64,000 nucleotides of DNA, from positions 792,360,001 through 792,424,000 of the forward strand of contig NC_091284.1 in the NCBI RefSeq assembly GCF_032444005.1. Direction: 5' to 3'. The stretch is from Ranitomeya imitator. Its lineage: Eukaryota. Made by a program: the position numbers and the translations under genes. Shown here in pieces: positions 48,279 to 60,833 of the stretch. The notes under the pieces are model-generated. The model did no database searches. It was not told the origin of the DNA and saw nothing but the letters and a program-made list of their open reading frames with translations. Each line of letters begins with the position of its first letter. Position 1 is the first letter of the stretch.

Positions 48279-48732
48279 AGCGCCAAAACATTAAAAAAAT
48301 GATATAAATGAGGTGTCGCTGTAATCGTACTGACCCGAAGAATAAAACTGCTTTATCAATTTTACCAAACGCGGAACGGTATAAACGCCTCCCCCAAAAG
48401 AAATTTATGAATAGCTGGTTTTTGGTCATTCTGCCTCACAAAAATCGGAATAAAAAGCGATCAAAAAATGTCACATGCCCAAAAATGTTATCAATAAAAA
48501 AGGCAACTCGTCCCGCAAAAAAACAAGACCTCACATGACTCTGTGGACCAAAATATGGAAAAATTATAGCTCTCAAAATGTGGTAACGCAAAAAATATTT
48601 TTTGCAATAAAAAGCGTCTTTCAGTGTGTGACAGCTGCCAATCATCAAAATCCGCTAAAAAACCCGCTCTAAAAGTAAATCAAACCCCCCTTCATCACCC
48701 CCTTAGTTAGGGAAAAATTAAAAAATGTATTT

Positions 48733-48913
48733 NNNNNNNNNNNNNNNNNNNNNNNNNNNNNNNNNNNNNNNNNNNNNNNNNNNNNNNNNNNNNNNNNNNN
48801 NNNNNNNNNNNNNNNNNNNNNNNNNNNNNNNNNNNNNNNNNNNNNNNNNNNNNNNNNNNNNNNNNNNNNNNNNNNNNNNNNNNNNNNNNNNNNNNNNNNN
48901 NNNNNNNNNNNNN
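48733..48913. other. Assembly gap (181 N)
   Basis: Run of N. Confidence 1.
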
Positions 48914-49085
48914 GGTTGGGGCTAAAGTTAGGGTTCGGGTTGGGGCTAAAGTTACAGTTAGGGTTTAGATTACATTTACAGTTGGGAATAGGGTTGGGAT
49001 TAGGGTTAGGGGTGTGTCAGGGTTAGAGGTGTGGTTAGGGTTACTGTTGGGATTAAGGTTAGGGGTGTGTTTGGATTAAGGTTTC
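48914..49085 (+). repeat. Degenerate TTAGGG-like hexamer tract
   Basis: TTAGGG, TTCGGG, TTGGGG, TTGGGA and ATAGGG variants interspersed. Confidence 0.75.
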
Positions 49086-49089
49086 AGTT

Positions 49090-51000
49090 ATAATTGTGGG
49101 GTTTCCACTGTTTAGGCACATCAGGGGCTCTCCAAACGCGACATGGCGTCCGATCTCAATTCCAGCCAATTCTGCGTTGAAAAAGTAAAACAGTGCTTCT
49201 TCCCTTCCGAGCTCTCTCGTGTGCCCAAACAGGGGTTTACCCCAACATATGGGATATCAGCGTACTCAGGACAAATAGGACAACAACTTTTGGGGTCCAA
49301 TTTCTCCTGTTACCCTTGGGAAAATACAAAACTGGGGGCTAAAAAGTAATTTTTGTGGGAAAAAAAAGATTTTTTTATTTTCACGGCTCTGCGTTATAAA
49401 CTGTAGTGAAACACTTGGGGGTTCAAAGCTATCACAACACATCTAGATGAGTTCCTTAGGGAGTCTAGTTTCCAAAATGGTGTCACTTGTGGGAGGTTTC
49501 TACTGTTTAGGTACATTAGGGACTCTGCAAATGCAATGTGACACCTGCAGACTATTCCATCTAAGTCCTCATTCCAAATGGAGCTCCTTCCCTTCCGAGC
49601 CCTCCCATGCGCCCAAACAGTGGTTCCCCCCCACATATGGGGTATCAGCGCACTCAGGACAAATTGGACAACAAATTGTGGGGTCCAATTTCTCCTGTTA
49701 CCCTCGGGAAAATACAAAACTGAGGGCTAAAAATAATTTTTGTGGGAAAAAATTTTTGTTTTATTTTTACGGCTCTCCATTATAAACTTCTGTGAAGCCC
49801 TTGGTGGGTCAAAGCGCTCAGCACACATCTAGATAAGTTTCTAAGGGGGTCTACTTTCCAAAATGGTCACTTGTGGGGGGTTTCTACTGTTTAGGTACAT
49901 TAGGGGCTCTGCAAACGCAATGTGACACCTGCAGACCATTCCATCTAAGTCTGCATTCAAATGGCACTCCTTCCCTTCCGAGCCCTCCCATGTGCCCAAA
50001 CAGTGGTTCCCCCCACATATGGTGTATCATCGCACTCAGGACAAATTGGGCAACAAATTTTGGGGTCCAATTTCTCCCGTTACCCTCGGGAAAATACAAA
50101 ACTGGGGGCTAAAAAAATAATTTTTGTGGGAAAAAAATTTTGTTTTATTTTTACGGCTCTGCATTATAAACTTCTGTGAAGCAGTTGGTGGGTCAAAGTG
50201 CTCACCACACCTCTAGATAAGTTCCTTAGGGGGTCTACTTTCCAAAATGGTGTCACTTGTGGGGGGTTTCAATGTTTAGGCACATCAGGGGCTCTTCAAA
50301 CGCAACATGGCGTCCCATCTCAATTCCTGTCAATTTTGCATTGAAAAGTCAATCGGCGCTCCTTCCCTTCCGAGCTCTCCCATCCGCCCAAACAGTGGTT
50401 TACCCCCACATATGGGCTATCAGCGTACTCAGGACAAATTGTACAACAAATTTTGGGGTCCAATTTCTTCTCTTACCCTTGGGAAAATAAAAAATTGGTG
50501 GCGAAAAGATAATTTTTGTGAAAAAATATGATTTTTTATTTTTACGGTTCTACATTATAAACTTCTGTGAAGCACTTGGTGGGTCAAAGTGCTCACCACA
50601 CTTCTAGATAAGGGGGTCTACTTTCCAAAATGGTGTCACTTGTGGGGGGTTTCAATGTTTAGGCACATCAGGGGCTCTCCAAACGAAACATGGCGTCCCA
50701 TCTCAATTCCAGTCAATTTTGCATTGAAAAGTCAAATGGCGCTCCTTCGCTTCCGAGCTCTGCCATGCGCCCAAACAGTGGTTTACCCCCACATGTGGGG
50801 TATTGACGTACTCAGGACAAATTGTACAACAATGTTTGGGGTCCATTTTCTCCTGTTACCCTTGGTAAAATAAAACAAATTGGAGGTTAATTAAATTTTT
50901 TGTGAAAAAAAGTTAAATGTTCATTTTTATTTAAACATTCAAAAAATTCCTGTGAAGCACCAGAAGGGTTAATAAACTTCTTGAATATGGTTTTGAGCAC
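49090..51000. repeat. Tandem array, unit about 385 bp, about 5 diverged copies
   Basis: The marker GGGGTCCA(A/T)TTTC recurs at 49292, 49680, 50062, 50455 and 50838. Confidence 0.9.
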
Positions 51001-51511
51001 CTTGAGGGGTGTAGTTTTTAGAATGGTGTCACACTTGGGTATTTTCTATCATATAGACCCCTCAAAATGACTTCAAATGAGATGTGGTCCCTAAAAAAAA
51101 TGGTGTTGTAGAAATGAGAAATTGCTGGTCAACTTTTAACCCTTATAACTCCCTAACAAAAAAAAATTTTGGTTCCAAAATTGTGCTGATGTAAAGTAGA
51201 CATGTAGGAAATGTTACTTATTAAGTATTTTGTGTGACATATCTCTGTGATTTAATTGCATAAAAATTCAAAGTTGGAAAATTGTGAAATTTTCATAATT
51301 TTCGCCAAATTTCCGTTTTTTTTCACAAATACTAGCAAAGAATTTTTACCATTGTCATGAAGTACAATATGTCATGAGAAAACAATGTCAGAATCACTGG
51401 GATCCGTTGAAGCGTTCCAGAGTTATAACCTCATAAAGGGACAGTGGTCAGAATTGTAAAAATTGGCCCGGTCATTAAAGTGCAAACCACCCTTGGGGGT
51501 AAAGGGGTTAA

Positions 51512-52615
51512 CAAGAAGTGTTACATTGCGAAATAGTACAGCAGGGACTACTGTTGAGAAAAATGCAGAATAAATGCCAAACCAGTAAACAACAATAACA
51601 GTATTCAGGTACAGACAAAAGATATACTATAAGACCAGCACTGTAGATTCATACAGAATCTCCTGGTTGCGTCAGATGATGAGACAGTGAGACTAATAAA
51701 AATAGAAAATAGCTGAGAGGAAAGGGCATAAGGCCTAGCGAGGGGTCAATAAAATAGACTGACTAGAGAATCCACTCCAGGTGTGAGCTCGAACACTGAC
51801 ACGGGGTTGAGGAAATAGAGGCTAAAAACTGCCAAATCAGCGGAAAAGACAAGACACTGGAAATAGGACTGGGGCACCTGAAAGTATTCTAGAAAGGTGT
51901 ATGGGAATGGCTTGACGAGGGATGCCAGGTTTTTAGAAACCTATCATGTGTATGAGTTTCCCATCTGGTCAGTTCGTCCATCCTGTGAATATCCTGGACT
52001 TTATTGAACCAGTCATTCAAGGTGGGGGGAGATGATTGTCTCCAATGTAAAGATATCAAATGTTTTGCTTCAGCCAACAAGAGAGGAAGTAAGTCATGTT
52101 TCTTTGGCTTATACTCATTTGAGGGGAGTGAAAGCAATATTTCTTGAGGTGTTAGATCTCGATTAATTAGGCATAAACGGCGGAGATAGTTGTTTATATC
52201 CGACCAATATTTTGAGATAATTGGGCACTGCCAAGAAATATTAGCTAGGGAACCCACTGAATTTGAAAACCTTCAGCAGAGAGATGAATCAATCAAGCCT
52301 AGGTGAAACAGTCGTTCGGGGTTCTATACCATCGTGAGAGAAGTTTAAATGCATTTTGCTGCAGTACGATGCATCTTGAAAACCCATGTGAGTTATTCAG
52401 GACTTGTTTTGTTTCTTGAGAAGATAGTGAAAAATTTAGTTCCGTTTCCCATGAGTAAAGATAAAGTGGTTTAAATTGGGTAGGGGGAGTAAAAAGGTTT
52501 GCGACAAGTTTGGGAATTGAGGATCTAAGCTTGGCTAGAAATTCCAGCCAGAGCCAGTTAGGGTTATGTTTTAGTTCAGTCCTGAATTTCGTCATAATAT
52601 TATGAACATTATTAC
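51512..52615 (-). mobile_element. L1/Tx1 ORF2 C-terminus and 3' UTR (continues at 61586)
   Basis: SWETELN, KLLSRWYRTP, GSLANISWQCP..YW, AKHLISLHWRQSSPP..W (L1 C-terminal domain). Confidence 0.85.
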
Positions 52616-52908
52616 ATTTGGTCAAAACTATCACAGATAATAAGGACTCTAACCTAGAGTTTAACCTGTCAGGAAAAAATGCAGAGATTTATCTTTGGTC
52701 CTCTCTTGCCCCTCCTCCTCACATGCTTGATGCAATAACTTTTAATACTTTAGCCATCAGATGCTCCCTTATACCAAATAAGTTTCCTCATTGTCTATTT
52801 CTGGACAGCATCCCAATAAAAATTATCCCATGGCTAATAGACCCTGGCTATGAGGATGCCTTTGGTCTCTGGGATTCCCTACCTAACCTACCAATCTCTC
52901 GTCTTCTA
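52616..52908 (+). repeat. 293-bp inverted duplicate of the L1 sequence at 61586-61878
   Basis: Reverse-complement match with about 6 substitutions (eye count), abutting the Tc1 left TA. Confidence 0.95.
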
Positions 52909-54944
52909 CAGTTATATGAAAAAGTTTGGGCACCCCTATTAATCTTAAGCTTAATGTTTTATAAAAATTGTTTTTTTTTGCAACAGCTATTTCAGTTTCA
53001 TATGTCTAATAACTGTTAGACACAGTAATGTTTCTGCCTTGAAATGAGGTTTATTGTACTAACAGAAAATGTGCAATCTGCATTCAAACAAAATTTGACA
53101 GGTGCATAAGTGTGGGCACCCCACCAGAAAAGTGACATTAATATTTAGTAAATCCTCCTTTTGCAAAAATAACAGCCTCTAGTCACTTCCTGTAGCTTTT
53201 AATGAGTTCCTGGATCCTGGATGAAGGTATTTTTGACCATTGCTCTTTACAAAACAATTCCAGTTCAGTTAAGTTTGATGGTCGCCGAGCATGGACAGCC
53301 CTCTTCAAATGATCCCACAGATGTTCAATGATATTCAGGTCTGGGGACTGGGATGGCCATTCCTGAACAGTGTAATTGTTCCTCTGCATGAATGCCTGAG
53401 TAGATTTGGAGTGGTGTTTTGGATCATTGTCTTGCTGAAAGATCCATGCCCTGCGTAACTTCAACTTTGTCACTGATTCATGAACATTATTGTCAAGAAT
53501 CTGTTGATACTGAGAGGAATCCATGCGTCCCTCCACTTTAACAAGATTCCCGGTGCCGGCATTGGCCATACAGCCCCAAAGCATGATGGAACCTCCACCA
53601 AATTTTACTGGGGGTAGCAAGAGTTTTTCTTGGAATGCTGTGTTTTTTGTCCGCCATGCATAACGCCTTTTTGTATGACCAAACAACTCAATCTTGGTTT
53701 CATCAGTCCACAGGACCTTCTTCCAAAAAGAAATTGGCTTCTCCAAATGTGCTTTTGCATACCTCAGCCGACTCTGTTTGTGGCGTGCTTGCAGAAACGG
53801 CTTCTTTCGCATCACTCTCCCATACAGCTTCTCCTTGTGCAAAGTGCGTTGTATAGTTGACCGATGCATAATGACACCATCTGCAGCAAGTTGATGCTGC
53901 AGCTCTCTGGAGGTGGTCTGAGGATTGTCCTTGACTGATCTCACCATTCTTCTTCTCTGCCTTTGTTAAGGACTGGCGGAACGCACCAAGTACAAGATGA
54001 AATGGAACTAGGTGCGTTCGCAGTCCGAGGTCCACCGTGCAGGTAAAAACCCTGCTGCTAGTAAGACGGACTATATGGCGGTACTATAAGTATACACGCA
54101 CGAGTTAACTTCACCCTGCGTGAAGGAAGCGATCCTGTTGCGTCACAGGACCGCGGTACCGCACATAGAGCGCGAGCAAGAAGTCAGCGAACTCAACCCC
54201 AACTAGGATTGAAGTCCGATTAGACACTTGCTGGCACAACACCGCAACTGGGTGTGTAAGGAAACTAAATAATAATATAAAGGCACAAGAGTGCGTGCGG
54301 TGCCGCACTGACGGACGCCAGTAACCACCAAGGCTTGGGTTAGGAAACGCAGAGCAAGCGCACGGCGCCGTACAGGCGGACACAGCAATTGGTAGCTGTA
54401 ATGTGTGTTACGTGCTGTTGGATAAGTCGGGCGCTAGATAGCAAACATACACCTTCCGCGAACAATCATTCAATAGGGAGGGTTATTTAAAGAGCGACTT
54501 TCACTCACAACACACACACATATATACAAGACAATACTAGCGCATGGCCGTGCGGTCATGCGCAGTTTATATAGCTGCAGCACAGGAAACAGCTACAGAA
54601 GTTTTGCCCTTTCAGGACCTGCCAAAAGGACCAATGGGATCTGCTGCAGTACCTGAGCATGTGACCCTCGATCTCCAACGGGAGATCCTGCCCTGGGCAT
54701 GCTCAGACAGAGAAAAGCAGGACTTAGATCCAGAAACGTCCACTCGCCGCTGCCCAGCACTGGCTTCAATGGCAGAAGCAGGAAAAGCAGCAGTAACTCT
54801 TCGCACAGAGTCAGACTGAGCGAGACGCTGGGATCGACGTCCCTGCTGATCAGACTCCACTGCGGCTGGAGAAGAAAGGGAGACCGCAGCGGAGACGGAT
54901 CGAGATTCCCCCTGTGCAGCAGAGGAAACTCGACTCCTAACATT

Positions 54945-57900
54945 ACCACCCCCTCCTAGGGCCCCCCCTCCTTGGGCCTTGCTACGTTCAAAGGCAGCAA
55001 TGAGCTGCGGGGCCCGAATGTGCTCAACAGGCTCCCAGGACCTGTCCTCGGGGCCATAACCCTTCCAGTCTACCAAATAAATTTTTTTGCCACGTACCAC
55101 CTTGAACCCCAAAATAGCATTCACCTCATAATCGTCCGTAGACGAACCCGATGTCCCAGCAGATGACTCGGAAAACCGGGACATATACACGGGTTTCAAG
55201 AAGGACACATGAAAGGTGTCGGTGATACCCAGGCGTGGCGGAAGGGCCAGACGGTAGACCACAGGATTAACCTGTTCGAGGACCGTGAAGGGACCCAAGT
55301 AGCGAGGTGCAAACTTAGTGGACTCTACACGCAGCCTGATGTTACGGGCGGAGAGCCACACTAAATCGCCAGGAGCAAAGGTCGGGGCAGGGCGCCGATG
55401 TGCATCGGCGGAGGACCTCATTCTCTCCTTCGAGGCCCGAATGGCATCCTGAGTGCGGTCCCAAATGTCCCGTGCCTCCACTGCCCAGTCTGCCACCCTG
55501 GAGTCAGCAGAGGACACGGGCATAGGCACAGGAACCCGCGGATGCTGGCCGTAATTAAGGAGGAAAGGAGTCTGACCGGTGGAGTCAGCTACAGCGTTAT
55601 TACATAGTAACATAGTAACATAGTTAGTAAGGCCGAAAAAAGACATTTGTCCATCCAGTTCAGCCTATATTCCATCATAATAAATCCCCAGATCTACGTC
55701 CTTCTACAGAACCTAATAATTGTATGATACAATATTGTTCTGCTCCAGGAAGACATCCAGGCCTCTCTTGAACCCCTCGACTGAGTTCGCCATCACCACC
55801 TCCTCAGGCAAGCAATTCCAGATTCTCACTGCCCTAACAGTAAAGAATCCTCTTCTATGTTGGTGGAAAAACCTTCTCTCCTCCAGTCGCAAAGAATGCC
55901 CCCTTGTGCCCGTCACCTTCCTTGGTATAAACAGATCTTCAGCGAGATATTTGTATTGTTCCCTTATATACTTATACATGGTTATTAGATCGCCCCTCAG
56001 TCGTCTTTTTTCTAGACTAAATAATCCTAATTTCGCTAATCTATCTGGGTATTGTAGTTCTCCCATCCCCTTTATTAATTTTGTTGCCCTCCTTTGTACT
56101 CTCTCTAGTTCCATTATATCCTTCCTGAGCACCGGTGCCCAAAACTGGACACAGTACTCCATGTGCGGTCTAACTAGCGATTTGTACAGAGGCAGTATAA
56201 TGCTCTCATCATGTGTATCCAGACCTCTTTTAATGCACCCCATGATCCTGTTTGCCTTGGCAGCTGCTGCCTGGCACTGGCTGCTCCAGGTAAGTTTATC
56301 ATTAACTAGGATCCCCAAGTCCTTAAGGGCGAACTCTGCCCATGGTAATAAAGATGCCCAGTCATCCTGCCTGGCAGAAACAAAATGTCGCAGATATGTG
56401 ACCTGAGTCTGATTGGCCCTCTCCACCAACCCATTCGTCTCGGGATGATATGCGGAAGAGAGATTTAACTCAATGCTGAGAAGACGACAAAGCTCTCTCC
56501 AAAACCGAGACGCAAACTGGGGACCCCGGTCACTGACAATTTTGTCTGGCATGCCGTGTAGGCGGAAGACGTGTCTTATGAACAACGCTGCCAAGGCCCG
56601 TGCAGAAGGTAACCGTGGGAGCGGCACCATTTTCGAGAAATGATCGGTAACGACCCAAATGACGGTACAGCCGCAAGACTTGGGCAAACCCACCACAAAG
56701 TCCATCCCGACCATCTCCCAGGGCCTGTCTGCGACCGGCAAGGGATAGAGTAACCCAGACGGCCGTTGTCGAGGAGACTTATTTTTGGCGCATGAGACAC
56801 ACGCCAGAACGTAATCTCTGACATCTCGGAGCATATGCGGCCACCAGTACGTCCTCGCCAGCAGCTCAGATGTCCTTTTTGTCCCAAAGTGTCCACCCAC
56901 CCTGGAGGAATGAGCCCAAGAGAGAACCTCCGGTCGCAAATTTATGGGCACAAAAGTCTTGCCCGGAGGCACAGACTCAAGCGACATCGGAGCCACGGTT
57001 CTCAAGCTCTCAGAAGGAACAATAAGCCGAGGCTCTCCTTCCTCCTCCTCAGATGACACAACAGAGCGAGAAAGAGCATCAGCTCGAATGTTCTTCTCCC
57101 CAGCGAGATAATGGAGGGTGAAGTGGAATCGGGAGAAGAATAAGGACCATCTGGCCTGGCGAGAATTTAGCCGCTGGGCTGTTTGCAAATATAGCAAATT
57201 TTTGTGGTCAGTAAAAACTTGAAAGGGAAAACGAGCCCCCTCCAAGAGATGTCTCCACTCTGAGAAAGCCAATTTCATCGCTAGCAACTCCCTGTCCCCG
57301 ATGGAATAATTCCTCTCTGCTGGTGTGAAGGTCTTGGAGAAGAAGAAGCACGGATGCTTCCGACCTTGAGCATCCTTTTGGAAGAGGACTGCTCCACCTC
57401 CATTATAAACGGCTTATCGAAATCGGGACGATGTAGGATGGGAGCGCTAGCAAAATGAGACTTAGTAGAAGAAAAGGCCCTGCAGACCTCTTCAGACCAC
57501 ACTTTGGGATTTGCTCCCTTCTTGGTGAGGGCTACCAAGGGAGCTACCAAAGTTGAGAAATGGAGAATGAACTGGCGGTAATAATTAATGAACCCCATAA
57601 AGCGCTGCACCGCTTTAAGTGAATGGGGTTCTTGCCAGTCCATCACAGCCTGTAGTTTGGCAGGATCCATAGCCAATCCCTGGGCGGAGATGATATAGCC
57701 CAGGAAAGGTAAGGACTCCTGCTCAAACACACACTTCTCCAACTTCGCATAAAGAGAGTTTGCCCGTAGGAGGTCGAAGACTCTGCCAACATCTCTCCGG
57801 TGGGAGTCAATATCTGGAGAAAAGATGAGAATATCATCCAGATAGACTACAACCGAGGTGGAAAGCATATCCCGGAAGATGTCGTTGACACGGTCTTGGA

Positions 57901-59776
57901 AAACGGCAGGTGCATTACAGAGCCCGAAGGGCATCACCAGATACTCATAGTGCCCATCTCTGGTGTTAAATGCCGTTTTCCATTCGTCCCCCTCACGGAT
58001 GCGAATCAGGTTATAAGCACCCCGCAGATCTAGTTTAGTAAACACTCTAGCTCCCCGAAGCCTATCGAAAAGCTCAGATATCAAAGGCAAAGGGTACTTG
58101 TCCTTAACTGTGATAGCATTAAGACCCCTGTAGTCTACGCATGGACGTAGTTCTCCATTCTTCTTCTGCATGAAAAAGAACCCTGCCCCAGCAGGTGACA
58201 CTGACTTCCTGATGAACCCTCTTGCCAGATGCTCTTGAATGTACTGAGACATTGCCTCCGTTTCCAGGAGAGATAATGGATAGACTCGACCCCGGGGAGG
58301 CTCAGCAACAGGCAAGAGATCAATAGGACAGTCATAGGGGCGATGGGGCGGAAGGGTCTCTGCTGCCTTTTTGAAGAACACGTCTGCATAAGACCAATAT
58401 TGCTTGGGGAGAGAGGAAAGATCTGCGGGTACCTCTGTAGTAGAAACCTGAACGCACTCTCGATGACACCTGTTCCCACAAGATTCACCCCATCCCAGAA
58501 TTCTGCCTGAGGACCACTCGATGTGAGGAGAGTGGTACCGTAACCAAGGTATCCCCAAGAGAACCTCATCAATTCCCTCAGGAATGAAGAGTAGAGATAT
58601 AATCTCCTGATGAGATGGTGACATGGACGGAGTAAAAGGGATAGTTTGATGTGTAATCTGTGTGGGCAGTGTCGGCCCATTCACCACTCGTACCGTTACT
58701 GGTTGAGATAGCATGACCAGAGGAATTGCGTGACGTTGGGCGAAGGCTGAAGACATAAAATTGCCCTCCGCCCCAGAATCCACGCAGAGTTCTACCGAGT
58801 GAGAGGATGAGCCCAATGTTATTGTCCCCTTAAAGGACAATTTGGAGGCAAACGTCGCCGTGTCTAGTGCACCTCCACCAACTACCACTAGACGCTGACG
58901 TTTCCTCGACCGCTGGAGACATCTGGAGGCAAGATGTCCTGACTGTTGGCAAAGATGACAAATCTGGAGTGCACGAGCGGTCCGGGACTTAGATCCCGCT
59001 CGTGACTCTACCACAGGCTCATGGGGCTCAGGAGCCTGGTCTGGAGATTCCAAAGGTTTGGCGAAGGTGGGAGCCAGCCGAAACCTCTGCCTACACTGGG
59101 CTCGCTCTAACCTCCGCTCGTGAAAACGGAGATCAATACGAATGGATAGAGTTATTAATTCCTCCAGTGTGGCGGGAATCTCCCTAGTGGCCAGGGCGTC
59201 CTTAACGTGGTCAGCCATCCCCCTCCAAAATATTGTAATGAGGGCTTTATCCGACCACTCCAGCTCAGATGCTAAGGTGCGGAAGAGGACGGCAAAATGA
59301 CTGACCAAGGACGAGCCCTGAGTCAATGCCAACAATTGGAGCGCCGTATCATGGGTGACACGAGGTCCTAAAAAGACCTGTTTCAGAGTGCTCAGAAACA
59401 ACGGAGCACTCTGCACCACATGATCGCTACGCTCCCATAGCGGCGTAGCCCACTGCAACGCCCTGTCCGATAGAAGAGACACTATAAATCCCACCTTAGC
59501 CCGCTCTGTAGGGAAACGAGAGGCCAGAAGCTCGAGATGGATAGAGCACTGACTCACGAAACCCCTACAAGACTTACTGTCACCAGAGAATTTCTCTGGA
59601 AGCGGGAGGCGAGTTAGAGTCGGGACAGGAGCGGCAGTGGACAAGGTGACTGCAGCAACACTAGCAGCCTGAACAGCGACAGCAGTGACATCCACAGCTG
59701 AGGTTGAACGCTCAAGAGCCGCCAACCTTCCCTCCAACTGCTGGATGTACCACTGTGAACGCTGATCGTCCATCAT
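54945..59776 (-). pseudogene. gag-pol: gag-pol of chromovirus C: open 831-aa gag-PR-RT, RNase H deletion/frameshift near 57395, CR1 insertion in IN, chromodomain
   Basis: LPLPEKFSG gag, CHLCQQSGHLASRC knuckle, VDSGA, YLDD. The EVDAS motif appears lost (EVEQSS). IN motifs GMDF, SDRG, GLVER; chromodomain DYEVNAIL..YLVDWKGY..RSWEP. Confidence 0.94.
55602..56324 (-). mobile_element. 5'-truncated CR1 (about 720 bp) inserted in the integrase
   Basis: KDLGILVNDKL..LYKSLVRPHMEY..RRLRGDLI..GFFTVRAV..WN.LP, with an (ACATAGTA)n tail on +; only an AA overlap at the junctions. Confidence 0.95.
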
Positions 59777-60372
59777 TTACTAGCCAGACCTTGGCGCTAG
59801 TATTATGTTAGGACTGGCGGAACGCACCAAGTACAAGATGAAATGGAACTAGGTGCGTTCGCAGTCCGAGGTCCACCGTGCAGGTAAAAACCCTGCTGCT
59901 AGTAAGACGGACTATATGGCGGTATTATAAGTATACACGCACGAGTTAACTTCACCCTGCGTGAAGGAAGCGATCCTGTTGCGTCACAGGACCGCGGTAC
60001 CGCACATAGAGCGCGAGTAAGAAGTCAGTGAACTCAACCCCAACTAGGATTGAAGTCCGATTAGACACTTGCTGGCACAACACCGCAACTGGGTGTGTAA
60101 GGAAACTAAATAATAATATAAAGGCACAAGAGTGCGTGCGGTGCCGCACTGACGGACGCCATTAACCACCCAGGCTTGGGTCAGGAAAGCGCAGAGCAAG
60201 CGCACGGCGCCGTACAGGCGGACACAGCAACTGGTAGCTGTAATGTGTGTTACGTGCTGTTGGATAAGTCGGGCGCTCGATAGCAAACATACACCTTCCG
60301 CGAACAATCATTCAATAGGGAGGGTTATTTAAAGAGCGACTTTCACTCACAACACACACATATATACAAGAC

Positions 60373-60413
60373 AATACTAGCGCATGGCCGTGCGGTCATG
60401 CGCAGTTTATATA
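60373..60413 (-). promoter_or_regulatory. LTR C TATA box (TATATAAA, 60413-60406) and predicted mRNA leader GCGCTAGTATT (60383-60373)
   Basis: The leader starts 30 nt after the TATA and is fully complementary to AATACTAGCGC (59804-59794), 1 nt inside the 5' LTR. The TSS is inferred. Confidence 0.7.
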
Positions 60414-60833
60414 GCTGCAGCACAGGAAACAGCTACAGAAGTTTTGCCCTTTCAGGACCTGCCAAAAGGAACAATGGGATGTGCTGCAGTACCTGAGCAT
60501 GTGACCCTCGATCTCCAACGGGAGATCCTGCCCTGGGCATGCTCAGACAGAGAAAAGCAGGACTTAGATCCAGAAACGTCCACTCGCCGCTGCCCAGCAC
60601 TGGCTTCAATGGCAGAAGCAGGAAAAGCAGCAGTAACTCTTCGCACAGAGTCAGACTGAGCGAGACGCTGGGATCGACGTCCCTGCTGAGCAGACTCCAC
60701 TGCGGCTGGAGAAGAATGGGAGACCGCAGCGGAGACGGATCGAGATTCCCCCTGTGCAGCAGAGGAAACTCGACTCCTAACAGCCTTTCTGATGTTTTTC
60801 TTGGCCTGCCACTTCTAGCCTTAAGAAGAACTG

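Larger units (their letters stand above)
48279..51507. mobile_element. Large piggyBac-like non-autonomous repeat (possibly two pieces either side of the gap)
   Basis: Right terminus AAAGGGG|TTAA (51508-51511). Segment 48440-48560 resembles the reverse complement of internal parts of 19160-20245. The left terminus is not seen. Confidence 0.6.
53964..60782 (-). mobile_element. Full-length Ty3/Gypsy chromovirus C (Tf1/sushi-like)
   Basis: LTRs at 53964-54942 and 59806-60782, 5-bp TSD GCCTT (53959-53963, 60783-60787), PPT-like purine run at ~54943-54966 on the minus strand, gag-PR-RT-RH-IN-chromo order. Confidence 0.97.

Noticed and set aside
48914-49085. True telomere or chromosome-fusion site
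   Set aside because: The repeats are short, highly degenerate, single-orientation and embedded in a dispersed repeat.
52616-52908. Inverted duplicate as a pure assembly artefact
   Set aside because: About 6 substitutions separate the arms and the junction is base-precise at the Tc1 TA; read confirmation is still advisable.
57281-59776. Domesticated host gene of the RTL/PEG10 type
   Set aside because: It is flanked by two LTRs with a TSD, has a deleted RNase H motif and a disrupted integrase, so it is a decaying transposon copy.
38272-60782. Endogenous retrovirus (env-bearing) interpretation of the LTR elements
   Set aside because: There is no room or ORF for env; the chromodomain and domain order indicate Ty3/Gypsy chromoviruses.
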